This document shows positions 52,303-64,000 of a stretch of 64,000 nucleotides of DNA, piece after piece. Made by a program: the position numbers and the translations under genes. This stretch comes from Octopus bimaculoides (taxonomy: Eukaryota). Location: contig NC_069001.1 in NCBI RefSeq assembly GCF_001194135.2, positions 22,518,385-22,582,384 of the forward strand. Reading direction: 5' to 3'. The notes under the pieces were generated by a model, which worked only from the letters and a program-made list of their open reading frames with translations, did no database searches and was not told where the DNA came from. Positions within the stretch are counted from its first letter, which is position 1, and every line of letters starts with the position of its first letter.

Positions 52303-52472
52303 GGCACAGGCATGGCTGCAAGGTAAAAAAACTTGCTTCCGAACCACGTGGTACAGAGTTCAATCTCAGCGTGGCATCTTGGGCAAGTGTCCTCTATTAT
52401 AGCATCTGGCCGACAAAAGCCTTGTAAGTGAATTTGGTAGACGGAAATTGAAAGGATCCCGTTCTCTCTCTC

Positions 52473-52510
<38 letters not shown>
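52303..52510 (+). mobile_element. SINE family A head
   Basis: ggcacaggcatggctg..cttgcttccgaaccacgtgg..gggcaagtgtcctctattatagc..ggtagacggaaattgaaag. Confidence 0.8.
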
Positions 52511-52530
<20 letters not shown>

Positions 52531-52629
52531 NNNNNNNNNNNNNNNNNNNNNNNNNNNNNNNNNNNNNNNNNNNNNNNNNNNNNNNNNNNNNNNNNNNNNN
52601 NNNNNNNNNNNNNNNNNNNNNNNNNNNNN

Positions 52630-52663
<34 letters not shown>

Positions 52664-53340
52664 GGGTAAAATTAATGAATTAAGTATTTTACCAAGTAGA
52701 GTGTACGTTAAAAAAAAACTTTTTTAGGTAAATTATACATAATATTCTATAATTATATTCATAATTATAATCAGGGGTCAGTTAAGTGCCTCGCCACGTA
52801 CTGAATTAGAAATAGACGCTGATGTCTTTTCAACTACCATAAAAATCTCAGAGACAATAACAAACTTTTTATGTAGGTAAAAAGAAAAATGATGAATCCA
52901 CACGACTTCGGTTAATCACAGACGCGTTTCGAACTTAAAGTAAATTGTATTTACCTATTGTTCTCTTCAGTGTAATACTCTGAATTATAAATTTGCGAGT
53001 GTTAGGATTGAATATGTGCGCGATCAAGCGTCATCACATAACTAATATTCAACCGCACACCCAAAAATATACAGCCTAATGTGATACATATTTATCCTTT
53101 ATACTCACGTGTTTGTTACCACCTATTCCGCAGAAAAACTAGTTTTGATCATGGACTAAATTATAATTTTAATAATAATATAGGGTAAAATTAATTAATT
53201 AATTAATAATTTTACCAAGTAGTCAGAATGTTAAAAAAACCTTTTTAGGTGAATTATACATAATAGACTATTATTATATACATAATTATAATCAGAGGTC
53301 AGCTAAGTGCCTCGTCACGTACACAATTAGAAATAGACAC
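52664..53340. repeat. About 157 bp direct repeats (offset about 519 bp) enclosing a hammerhead
   Basis: 52664-52820 resembles 53183-53340 (gggtaaaattaat...aagtgcctcg.cacgtac..attagaaatagac). Confidence 0.8.
52915..52976 (-). ncRNA. Type I hammerhead ribozyme, canonical core, GUC site
   Basis: attaca CTGAAGA gaac aataggtaaatacaatttactttaa gttc GAAA cgcg TC tgtgat: 6 bp stem I (one G.U), gaac/gttc stem II, palindromic stem III acgcgt. Confidence 0.85.
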
Positions 53341-53379
53341 TAATATCTATTATATATATATATATTTAATATACAGAGT

Positions 53380-54130
53380 GCGTAAGGTATTTGAGGTCAT
53401 TGCTGCATTTTTTGCTCAGTATAATCTGTTTCAGGAAATAATAATTGCAAACCTTCAGCTTACTCAGAAAAAGTAAAAGAAAATCACTACATCAAATTTA
53501 AAAGTCCCTTAAACAAACTGAAAAATCCAGCTGAAGAAGATTTGATTTGGTCTTTCTCAAATGAGAAAAACTTCGACCAAGATCAAAAAGTTAACAGAAG
53601 AAATGACAGATGGTTATGTGCAGACCCTTCTGCAGTTCCAGGTGTTATGCATACAAAATTTCAAGCAACTGTCATGGTTTTAGGGGCTGTCAGCAATGAA
53701 GGTCTTGTGATGCTTCCTTACTTCTTTCCACAAACCCTTAGAGTTAATTTTACCGCTTACATTGAGGTCCTGGAAATAATTGTTAAGCCCTGGATAGACC
53801 GTGTATGTAATGGAAGGCCATCTGTGTTTCAGTAAGACTCTGCACTATCACTCATGGATCTAGTAACACAGGAATGGATGGCTGAAACTTTCATGATCAC
53901 ATAACCGCAAACATTTGGCCTCCTAATTCCCCTGATCGTAGTCCATGTGGAGCGTTGTTGTGAGAGGGGTCAATGAACACGTCCATAACATCAAAGGCTC
54001 CTTGAAAGCTGCCATAGTCAGAGTAATGTCGAAAATGAAACAGGACCGCTTGATTTGAGCATGTAGATGATTTAGATCTCATACAGAAACAGTTGTTGAA
54101 ACTGAAGGTGGCTTTATTGAATAACATTAT
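53380..54130 (+). mobile_element. Decayed Tc1/mariner (maT/DD37D-like) transposase, catalytic domain
   Basis: LIWSFSNEKNFDQDQKVNRRNDRWLC...ATVMVLGAVSNEG...VKPWI....SVFQ*DSA...IWPPNSPD...GGFIE*. Confidence 0.9.
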
Positions 54131-54314
54131 AGAAAAGTTTTATTTTTACCCTCATAGCATTTTTTGATAAAGTTATCTATTATTATATGTTTTTTTTATA
54201 AACATAAAACTATCCTTAAATATCCTCTGTGTGTATATGTGTGTGTTTGTGTGTGTGCGTGTGTGTGTGTATGTGTGTGTGTGTGTGTGTGTGCGTGTGT
54301 GTGTGTATGTGTGT

Positions 54315-54510
54315 GTGTGATACCATGGCTTGACAAGTGTTCGTATGTATATGTCCCTGTAACTTAGTGGTTCGGCAAAAGTAACCGATGGAATAAGTAC
54401 CAGACTTTAAAAAATTTAAGTACTGGGGATAATACATGCAACTAAAAATCTTAGAAGGCGGTGCCCCAGCATGGCCGCAATCTAATGACTGAAAAAAGTA
54501 AAAAATAAAC
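54315..54510 (+). mobile_element. SINE family A, 3' half
   Basis: cttgacaag..gtccctgtaacttagtggttcggcaaaag..aaggcggtgccccagcatggccgc. Confidence 0.85.
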
Positions 54511-55257
54511 GATTGAAATGGTATGTTTGACGCAGTATGAGGACTTAACAGTTTTACATTCTTCTAAAAGTATTCGGTTTTGCCCTAGTTTATTGGTATC
54601 GATAATGAACACACTTCAAAATATGCTGAATAAACGCTTTTAAAAGATCAATCTTCCTCTAGTCGAGAAATGTTAATTCACTCAGTATTGTTGCACCTGA
54701 GCTATTTAGGCAATGGCTTGCGTTAAACATAAAAGAATGCACAAAAATAAAACAAATATAGAATTTGAAATAAATTTTTGCTCACAGATTAAAAAAAAAA
54801 ATCCTAGAAAACATATTTCATATCCAAAATGATGTACTAATTTATATATGTACTAAATTAATTATTCTTTAATGAAGTTTTTCCAATACTTATTGCTGTG
54901 TTTAGGCGTATACTACATAATATAATTAATAATTTTGCAAGGAGCAAACGGGTCGCATAACCGAAGACGATCTCTTTAATATGGTGGGCATTTACGCAAA
55001 ACATAACTACCCAAAGAAAAAAATTTGTAGGTCACACGTGGAACAGAAGTACATAGAAGAATGATCACACACATACACACACACATATATACAGGTTTGG
55101 TGATGCAAACAGAAACAATAGAACACAAAATATGAATGTGTGTATATTTTTATTAAAATTTAAAAGAAGCAACAAAGTGACTCAAGGTCCGAGAGTTACG
55201 TTGGTTGGTACGTATCAAGCTCTGTTGCTTCTGCTATATATATATATATATATACGT

Positions 55258-56193
55258 GACACATTACGCAAGTGTCTTCAACTATAGCCTCGGGCCAACC
55301 CAACCAAAGCCTTGTGAGTGGATATGGTAGACGGAAACTGAAAGAAGCCTATCGTATATATATATATATATATATATATATATNNNNNNNNNNNNNNNNN
55401 NNNNNNNNNNNNNNNNNNNNNNNNNNNNNNNNNNNNNNNNNNNNNNNNNNNNNNNNNNNNNNNNNNNNNNNNNNNNNNNNNNNNNNNNNNNNNNNNNNNN
55501 NNNNNNNNNNNNNNNNNNNNNNNNNNNNNNNNNNNNNNNNNNNNNNNNNNNNNNNNNNNNNNNNNNNNNNNNNNNNNNNNNNNNNNNNNNNNNNNNNNNN
55601 NNNNNNNNNNNNNNNNNNNNNNNNNNNNNNNNNNNNNNNNNNNNNNNNNNNNNNNNNNNNNNNNNNNNNNNNNNNNNNNNNNNNNNNNNNNNNNNNNNNN
55701 NNNNNNNNNNNNNNNNNNNNNNNNNNNNNNNNNNNNNNNNNNNNNNNNNNNNNNNNNNNNNNNNNNNNNNNNNNNNNNNNNNNNNNNNNNNNNNNNNNNN
55801 NNNNNNNNNNNNNNNNNNNNNNNNNNNNNNNNNNNNNNNNNNNNNNNNNNNNNNNNNNNNNNNNNNNNNNNNNNNNNNNNNNNNNNNNNNNNNNNNNNNN
55901 NNNNNNNNNNNNNNNNNNNNNNNNNNNNNNNNNNNNNNNNNNNNNNNNNNNNNNNNNNNNNNNNNNNNNNNNNNNNNNNNNNNNNNNNNNNNNNNNNNNN
56001 NNNNNNNNNNNNNNNNNNNNNNNNNNNNNNNNNNNNNNNNNNNNNNNNNNNNNNNNNNNNNNNNNNNNNNNNNNNNNNNNNNNNNNNNNNNNNNNNNNNN
56101 NNNNNNNNNNNNNNNNNNNNNNNNNNNNNNNNNNNNNNNNNNNNNNNNNNNNNNNNNNNNNNNNNNNNNNNNNNNNTATATATATATATATAC

Positions 56194-56228
<35 letters not shown>

Positions 56229-56664
56229 GCTAATTAAAATAGTAGGGTAAAAAATTGGATATTAATTAATATCAATTTAATACCAGGTAAGTAGCACATT
56301 AAAAAATCACATTAAAAGAATCTGGAGATTCAGAAAAAATAGTCTGAAATCTCAAAAGGATTATTGTATATGTATATATACATATATGTACGTATGTATG
56401 TATGTATGTATGTATGTATGTATATATGTATGTATGTGTGTGTGTGTGTGTGTAGTTATGTGTTTGTGTCTGTGTTTTCCCCCCACCATCGCTTGACAAC
56501 CGATGTTGGTGTGTTTACGTTCCCGTAACTTAGCGGTTCGGCAAAATAAACCGATAAAATAGGTATTAGGTTTACAAAGAATAGAATAAGTTCTGGGATC
56601 AATTTGTTTGACTAAATTCCTTTAAAGTAGCGCATAGCCGCATTCAAATGACAAGTAAAAACGC

Positions 56665-56680
<16 letters not shown>
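55258..56680 (+). mobile_element. SINE family A pieces on both sides of a gap
   Basis: Head/body at 55258-55356 and tail at 56460-56670 (ccccccaccatcgcttgacaaccgatg..ttagcggttcggcaaaa). Confidence 0.65.
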
Positions 56681-56703
<23 letters not shown>

Positions 56704-57679
56704 AGAGATGACCAGTAAGTGGACATCCCTTTTATATGTATGTAATATAACTTTTTCTGAATCTTCAGATTTTTCAATTTGCTACGCCACTGGTTTTAAA
56801 TTGATATTAATCAAATTAATATTCAATTTGTCACCCTTATTATTTAAATATATATATATAATACTCATTAGGTATAGGACATCACAAACGAGTGAAAAAT
56901 ACGTGAACACATAACGAGAGACAAGTATGGGACAAAATATCAAAAGAAGTGTAACTCCTCCTGAGTTGTCGACTATATATTATATTATTCCCTATTTTGT
57001 GTTTTTAACGACAAGATAGGAAAACTTCCTAAGACAGCAGCATCCAGAAATTTTTAAAATATAAAATTTGTGGAGAGTTAGGGCTTCGAACGAAAAAACA
57101 ACAATAGGTGGACGTACAGAGTAAACAATCGACAAAAAAAAAAACATTAAAGGTCGTTAGGCCAAGACGAATTGTAATGGGTAACGCCTGGAAGGAATTT
57201 TGAAAGAATATAGAATAAATAGAAGAGAAGAAAAAAAAAGATAAAAAATGTCGGGAGTCGAAAGAAAGACTTCTTGAACAACCTACACCCACACCCACAC
57301 ACACACACAGTATATCATCTTTAGAAAGTGATACACACTCGAGTGTAAACCATTAAGCCATTTATGTAAACACACTCGTCGGGTCACTACTCATGATTAC
57401 CACTGACATAGCTCTGCTTCCTGCAGTGGTCACGCAAAACCTTCCACAAGTTCATACCCAATCCTTAGTTAAATTTGAAAGTGGAGAGACTATAGCTCCT
57501 GCTAGTTTCAAACACTAGTCTCAAACACTATAATATATAACGAAGTGCTTTACATTTGTTGACTGTTAAGTTAAATGTTTGTATATGGAATCAATACAAT
57601 AACTGATTGTACTTTTCACTAAGTAGTGATAATCTACATTGATTTTAAAAAAAATAATTATCAGCTTTCTATATTGGCT

Positions 57680-57890
57680 TCAAATGTTCGCATAAGGCCA
57701 ACAACTTCGTGGGTAGGTGAAGTCGGTTACATTAACCAGAGCTCAACTGTTACTTATTCTATCGGCCTCGAAAAAAATGAATGACAAAGTAGTTCTCGGC
57801 GGAATTTGAGCCCAGAACATAAAGATGGGCGAAATGCCGTTAAACATTTTGCTCGGCGCGGTAACGATTCTGCGAGCTCACCGCCTTATC
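57680..57890 (-). mobile_element. SINE family B
   Basis: ctcggcggaatttgagcccagaac..taacgattctgcgagctcaccgcctt. Confidence 0.8.
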
Positions 57891-58599
57891 AACTTTTATA
57901 ATAAGATGCATATATCTTGGCACAGAATAGGGAAATCAATTTGTTAAAGTCATTGCATAAAGTAATTGTGAGAAATTATACTGCTCAACGTAAACATTAT
58001 CATGCAATGTTTAAATAGAACAGAAAATACAAAATAATCAGCTTTGGTTGCATTCTAAATGTCGAATGCATAAGGAACGTTATATTTCGTGCACTATTTC
58101 AACTGTACCTCGCTGTGAAACAATGAATCATATAGGCACTATAGAAAGCATTTAGAATTTGTCAGGGAAAAGTTACTTTCAAAATATTGATAAAAAATGT
58201 GTCGACGTTATCAAAACATTTTCAGCGAACAAACGGGAAGATAATTCAAAAATAAAATTTTCTGTCGCCAACCCTGCCAAAATTCTAAGATATGCAAATT
58301 TCACTTGGCAGACAATTTATTTTGAAGCAAATTTAGGAAATTGTAAAGGAACAGCAAGGTTTACTCACTACTTTACATATTGCCTAAAGAATTTTAAACG
58401 ATATGGTAATATAGAGCGTCTATAATCTATGAATAAATCAGGACCATTTGCCAACATCATCATAAGATATGAAGGTGATAAAAGCCCCGCAGTATTCAGA
58501 GGAAAGCCATTTATCTAAACCAGTAATTTATTTTGAATCGAAAATTATCACACACACACACACAGATAGACATACATACATACATACATACATTGGAAG

Positions 58600-59760
58600 T
58601 ATAGGCTGTCTGTATCTCCATTGGTGTTGAAGCTTCCTGTAACACTGAGCATCTATCACACTGAGTTCTTGTACTGCCAATTCAGGTTAAGCGTAGGTGT
58701 GAGGACAGCACAGTGAAGTTGTGAACAATATTATTGTTGTAAGCTGATAGTTTTGATGACCTTATTCTCTTTATTCTCCCTAATCATTCATTCCTGGTCC
58801 TCTCCTTATTTATGGGTCCATCATATTTGTCATTCTTATTTTTCCAAGATACCTATAATTGTCCCCTGACTATAGCGGTTGTATAGTCAAGCTGTTCATT
58901 TTAAGATTCCAGGGGATGGCACAATTTCTCCACGTTTTATCAAAAATGCACATTTAGACTCAACAAGTTTGGTTCCAATGTCTATTGAAAATTAGGTAAT
59001 AAGATCCAATTACTCTTTTATGTGGTTGATATTTGGCCCATACAGTTTAAGGTCGTTGACAAAAAGAATATAGCAGATACTTTTGGCTCCATTTCCCTGG
59101 TTACTATGTTTTGTGAGCAGGTATGATAGTAGGTTTAATGAGAGAACAAAGAGCAACATCGACAGGCTATCGCCCTGAAAGATGCCTCTTTGGTAGTGAA
59201 TGCTATCCGAATTAATTTGCTCCTTATCACTTTTAAGGAGTGATAAGTCATGGTCAGGCGTTCAATAACATTCACTAGTGGCTGTGGGACATTGGCTAAC
59301 TGTAAAGCTTTGATAGTTCACCCATGTTGTATACTATCAAAAGCCTTCTTGTAGTACAGCCACACAACGGTTAAGTTCCTGCGATTTTTTACCGTATATT
59401 CGTGGGATCATTTTCTTAACTTGTAGCTGCTGTATACAACCTCACACCACTTACTTTCCTTCATCTGGCTGACTTGTAATAATGTTGTTATGAGCCTGCA
59501 AGAACAGATGGAAGGACCCAATGTAAAATTTCGTACATGATGTTCTGACTGGCTACTGGGCAGTAATTTTTAGCAAGGGCTGGTTGGCTATTCTTGGGGA
59601 TGAGAAGAGTAGTTGCAGCTGATAACCATTGGGCAGTTCTTGTGTGCTCTTTATACTTTCTCCCTATATCGGTTTAAAATCTCGCCGATAAAAGGTTAAA
59701 TTCTTCAGCCAATAACTTCTTATGAGGTCTGGGCCTAGGAATTACCTGTTTGAAAGTTTC
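58600..59760 (-). mobile_element. Decayed R4/NeSL-type non-LTR retrotransposon reverse transcriptase
   Basis: KNRRNLTVVWLYYKKAFDSIQHG* ... RGIFQGDSLSMLLFVLSLNLLSYLL ... ILFVNDLKLYG (AFDSxxH, GIFQGDSLSP and YMDDLKLY motifs). Confidence 0.85.
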
Positions 59761-60237
59761 TGCAGAACTGTTTCCAGTATTTCACCGTCAAGGTAGAGTA
59801 GAGTCGAGGGTAGCGCATCGGTATACCAATAATGTGTACTGACATATACGTACTTATTAAAGTAAATGCGGATTTCTCCTTCCAGTAATGCAAACATCCT
59901 TAAGTACTGATAGAATACACAAGGCGTCTTCAAAGTCACACATGGGTGCACTCAATGCACGTATTCCAGAGTAAACTATAGGCTCAAGATCCAAACGTAT
60001 GGAAGGTTTCGAGCGAGCTGAAGACGAAACAGTAACACAGAGGGGTTGAGGTGCACTACAGCTGTTTCAGACGTGTTTTTATTAATGAACAAAACTGTTC
60101 CTCAATGGAGAACACGTCTGAAACAGTTGTAGTGAACCGCAACCCGTCTGAGTTATTGCGTACACACACACACAAACGCACACACGCGCACACACACACA
60201 CACACATATATATATATAATTAATAAAAGCAAATGAA

Positions 60238-62668
60238 GAGGAAAATATATAGTGGATATGTGGTTACATTTATTCGTATCACAATGAAAAAGTAATACAA
60301 ATAAGATTCAGGATATAAGGGGACCTTATCAACAAAAGAAATAAACAAAGAAGTAACAAAATAAAAACCCTACATATGTTTTCATCCGGCTTTAAGTTTG
60401 AATTATCAACATTCAAGCTATTTTAGAAGTTAAAAAAGCCATATGTAGTCGGATATCTTCAGGGATAGATGTGTACTTTCAGGTGTTGAACATCGAAATA
60501 AACTAAGTTGAGGACCGTATTTTCAAATATTCAAACGTAAGCAATAATTTATTAGGACGCCGATTTCATGTGAGGAGAAATTTTGCTAATATACTATAAT
60601 GTATTTGAAAAATTCACATATAAGGGATTAATGGATATAAATAAATCATTTAGTTATAATATGGGATATTATGGGCTGTTAAGGGTATTAAAGTCAGAAT
60701 GAGAGATGAAATTGATATTTAAGGGGATAAAACATAAATGATTTCTGTGGACTAAGATATAGATTCTAATAGTCAGAGAAAAGTTATTTTTTTTACATGC
60801 TACGGAGAAAAATATAAATATTTATGCGAAAATTTATAAGTGTATAGAGAGAAAAAAGTAGATTTTATGAGGGGCGAAAATAACGAACAGAGACTAAATG
60901 AGAGAAAAGTGGGACTAAAATACATATAATTTTATGTAGGGTATAAAATACAGAAAAAAAAAAGAAAAAAGATTATGAAATAAAAGAGAAAAAGGGGAAA
61001 AATGTTTATATTATACTACGATGTCGTGTTTAGAATTCTATACGGATAAATGTTATGATAATTGTTATTATTTAGGATTTCAAAAGACTAAGATATTTTC
61101 CGTTGTTCTAAGAAAAAATATTAAGTATATAAAAAGACTATATTTGACTTACGTTTGAGAGTAATGCATATTTGTTTTTAAAAAAATCTTTAAATGTGAT
61201 GTATTTTGTAATAGTAATTAGCTCGTAATTAGTAATAACTAGTAATCTCCCTTTATATATATGTACATTTCATTTAACATTGAAATAAGAATTATAGTTT
61301 ATTTTATAAAGTTGGGATAAGTTTGGCATTAGAGTTTTTGAATCATAAAATTTCAAATTTGAGAGATTAATAGATTAAATCTATACTAATGTTATGGTAT
61401 CAGATATGGTTTATATAATCATTGTTTTAATAAATAAGCGTGCTAATATCATGGATTTAAAATGTGTTTTATATGCGTATCTTTAATATGCAGAAGTTTA
61501 ATTGATGAAATATTGAATATGCTATTTAAAATTTCAATGTAGGTATATATATTGATATGGAGGAAAAAATATTGGAGTTGACCAAGAAAAGGATATTATA
61601 TATTATTGTATAGAGTTAAGAATGAATTGATAATAGAGTTTGGGATTAAGTTTTGGAGTTTCAATAAAAAATTAACATAGGTGAGTTAATTAAATTAATG
61701 GAAATAAAAATAGGGGCTATAGTTTTATATATGGAGTATAAGTATGGTGGAATTAGCAATGGAAGGGATGTTATATTATTGTATTATGATAAGATAAGTT
61801 TGGGATTAAATATGAAGTTCATAATCTAAAAATATAATATTAATAATAAGGTTTAAATAAGGATTATGAAGACAAAAAATGGTGGTTATCATTATGCGTC
61901 CAATAAGAAATAATGTTATTGAATAATATATAAATGGTATTTTAAATGCTAATTATTCTACTTGTACCATCGGAATAAGTTATGTTTATAAATAAAGTAA
62001 TATAGTATTGTAATTATATCCATCATATGTTATTATTATAATATAGTGAAATAATATGTATTGGAAAACAATTATATGATCATATAAATTTGGAAAAAGT
62101 ATATTTATGTGCATGTAACCATTGGTAATTTTTTTTCTAATTTATCATTTAAGAGATTATACCTAGAGAATACTATGTGATACGTTTTATCTAGGCAGAG
62201 TGAACAAGTCTTGGTTGGTGGTCTATATGATAGAGCGTTATTTAGAACTTTCCATTGTATTTTATAAGTTGTATTACTATCTCTAAGTTTCCAGAGAAAT
62301 TTACTAAGGCTTGTGCTATTTCTTTTATAAATATTTCTAAAAGAGAATTCATGGTTAGCGATATGAAATTTCACGTAACACGCTGTGACTCCAGCATAAT
62401 AGAAATATTTACCTTCGGCTTCAAGTGTGGCTTAGTATACTAGGTTTCTACGTTTACAGTAATTGTTAAATTTACAATTTTCTTTAACTCTACAGTCGCA
62501 TAAAACATTTAGATCATAATTCAATCCTAAAGCCGGATTTTATTTTGATTACTTCCTTGTTTATTTCGTTGTTTGATCAGACCCCCTTATATCCTGAATA
62601 TTATATGTATTATTTTTCATTGTGATACTAATAGATTTAAGCAAGTATCCACTATATATTTTTTCCTC
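60238..62668 (-). mobile_element. Truncated Penelope-like element with inverted terminal repeats, GIY-YIG remnant and 3' hammerhead
   Basis: 60238-60406 is an imperfect reverse complement of about 62515-62668. Minus frame about 62500-62130: LCDCRVKENCKFNNYCKRRNLVY*ATLEAEGKYFYYAGVT...NHEFSF...STSLSKFLWKLRD..YKIQWKVL...CSLCL. Confidence 0.8.
60367..60466 (-). ncRNA. Candidate type I hammerhead with extended stem II
   Basis: atcc CTGAAGA t atccg [about 60 nt] cggat GAAA a catatg TA gggt: 4 bp stem I, atccg/cggat stem II, palindromic acatatgt stem III, one extra A in the core. Confidence 0.55.
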
Positions 62669-62830
62669 ACCATTTTCTTTTATTAACTTTACACATTTCG
62701 AATTGTTTATACATATATATTGTGGAACTTTCTTTCAATATATTTGATAACACAAGTTGGTATCCGGTTTATAAAAAAATCCCTTAGGAGGAAATTAAAT
62801 CCTCACTATTTGAAGTGTGTGTACATATAT

Positions 62831-62946
62831 AGGCGCAGGAGTGGCTGTGTGATAAGTAGCTTGCTTACCAACCACATGGTTCCGGGTTCATTCCCACTGC
62901 GTGGCACCTTGGGCTAGTGTCTTCCACTATAGCCTCGGGCCGACCA
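62831..62946 (+). mobile_element. SINE family A head, well preserved
   Basis: ggcgcaggagtggctgtgtgataagtagcttgcttaccaaccacatggttccgggttcattcccactgcgtggcacc. Confidence 0.9.
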
Positions 62947-64000
62947 NNNNNNNNNNNNNNNNNNNNNNNNNNNNNNNNNNNNNNNNNNNNNNNNNNNNNN
63001 NNNNNNNNNNNNNNNNNNNNNNNNNNNNNNNNNNNNNNNNNNNNNNNNNNNNNNNNNNNNNNNNNNNNNNNNNNNNNNNNNNNNNNNNNNNNNNNNNNNN
63101 NNNNNNNNNNNNNNNNNNNNNNNNNNNNNNNNNNNNNNNNNNNNNNNNNNNNNNNNNNNNNNNNNNNNNNNNNNNNNNNNNNNNNNNNNNNNNNNNNNNN
63201 NNNNNNNNNNNNNNNNNNNNNNNNNNNNNNNNNNNNNNNNNNNNNNNNNNNNNNNNNNNNNNNNNNNNNNNNNNNNNNNNNNNNNNNNNNNNNNNNNNNN
63301 NNNNNNNNNNNNNNNNNNNNNNNNNNNNNNNNNNNNNNNNNNNNNNNNNNNNNNNNNNNNNNNNNNNNNNNNNNNNNNNNNNNNNNNNNNNNNNNNNNNN
63401 NNNNNNNNNNNNNNNNNNNNNNNNNNNNNNNNNNNNNNNNNNNNNNNNNNNNNNNNNNNNNNNNNNNNNNNNNNNNNNNNNNNNNNNNNNNNNNNNNNNN
63501 NNNNNNNNNNNNNNNNNNNNNNNNNNNNNNNNNNNNNNNNNNNNNNNNTATTATATTTATCTTATGATATTTACTTTACTTTATATTATACTCATTTATT
63601 GTGCTTTTAATTATTAATTTTTCTATATGTGATAGTGGATTTTCATCGATGAGTTCTTGAAAATTGGTTATTTTCCCTAAAACTATATATATCAGAGTTA
63701 TTGGAGCTAGATGTTGCAATAACCGTCTAAGGGATAAAAGTATCCGTCATACTACCGGTATAATTACCTATGTTAAACCTTAACATACATATGCAAGCAT
63801 ATTATGCTCATAGATTATAGATAATGACAAAGATAAACATGAGTTTATCAGGAATCAAATTTTAAGTACACAGAAAATGGAGAAATATTGATCAGCAACA
63901 ATTGACATACATCAATTATTATTTTTTATTTCAATGCAGTCTATTTGTATTGAATTAGAAAATAATAATTGATGTAGGTCAATTGTTGTTGATCAATATT

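Noticed and set aside
60054-60135. Small inverted repeat (about 25 bp arms) with GAAA-cagctg-TA
   Set aside because: The palindrome is real but no intact CUGANGA is present on either strand, so it is not called a ribozyme; at most a truncated relative of the foldback elements.

Overview
AT-rich, repeat-saturated eukaryotic DNA with many assembly gaps (N runs) and long microsatellites. The SINE families resemble those I recall from octopus/cephalopod genomes (inference, not a database match). No intact host gene is recognisable. The window holds decayed transposons: RTE-like LINE fragments, an R4/NeSL-type reverse transcriptase, a Tx1/L1-like ORF1 with a CCHC knuckle, two Penelope-like GIY-YIG endonuclease remnants, mariner and maT/DD37D-like transposase fragments, a Helitron Rep fragment and two Helitron-like 3' ends. 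It also holds about 25 SINE copies and a 4.4 kb G-poor degenerate satellite. The most notable signal is a set of at least seven type I hammerhead ribozyme motifs with short or palindromic stem III. Five of them lie in unrelated inverted-repeat (foldback) elements, always pointing outward to the element ends. One of these elements still carries a Penelope GIY-YIG remnant, which suggests the MITE-looking palindromes are ribozyme-bearing Penelope-like derivatives. All ribozyme folds were checked by eye only.
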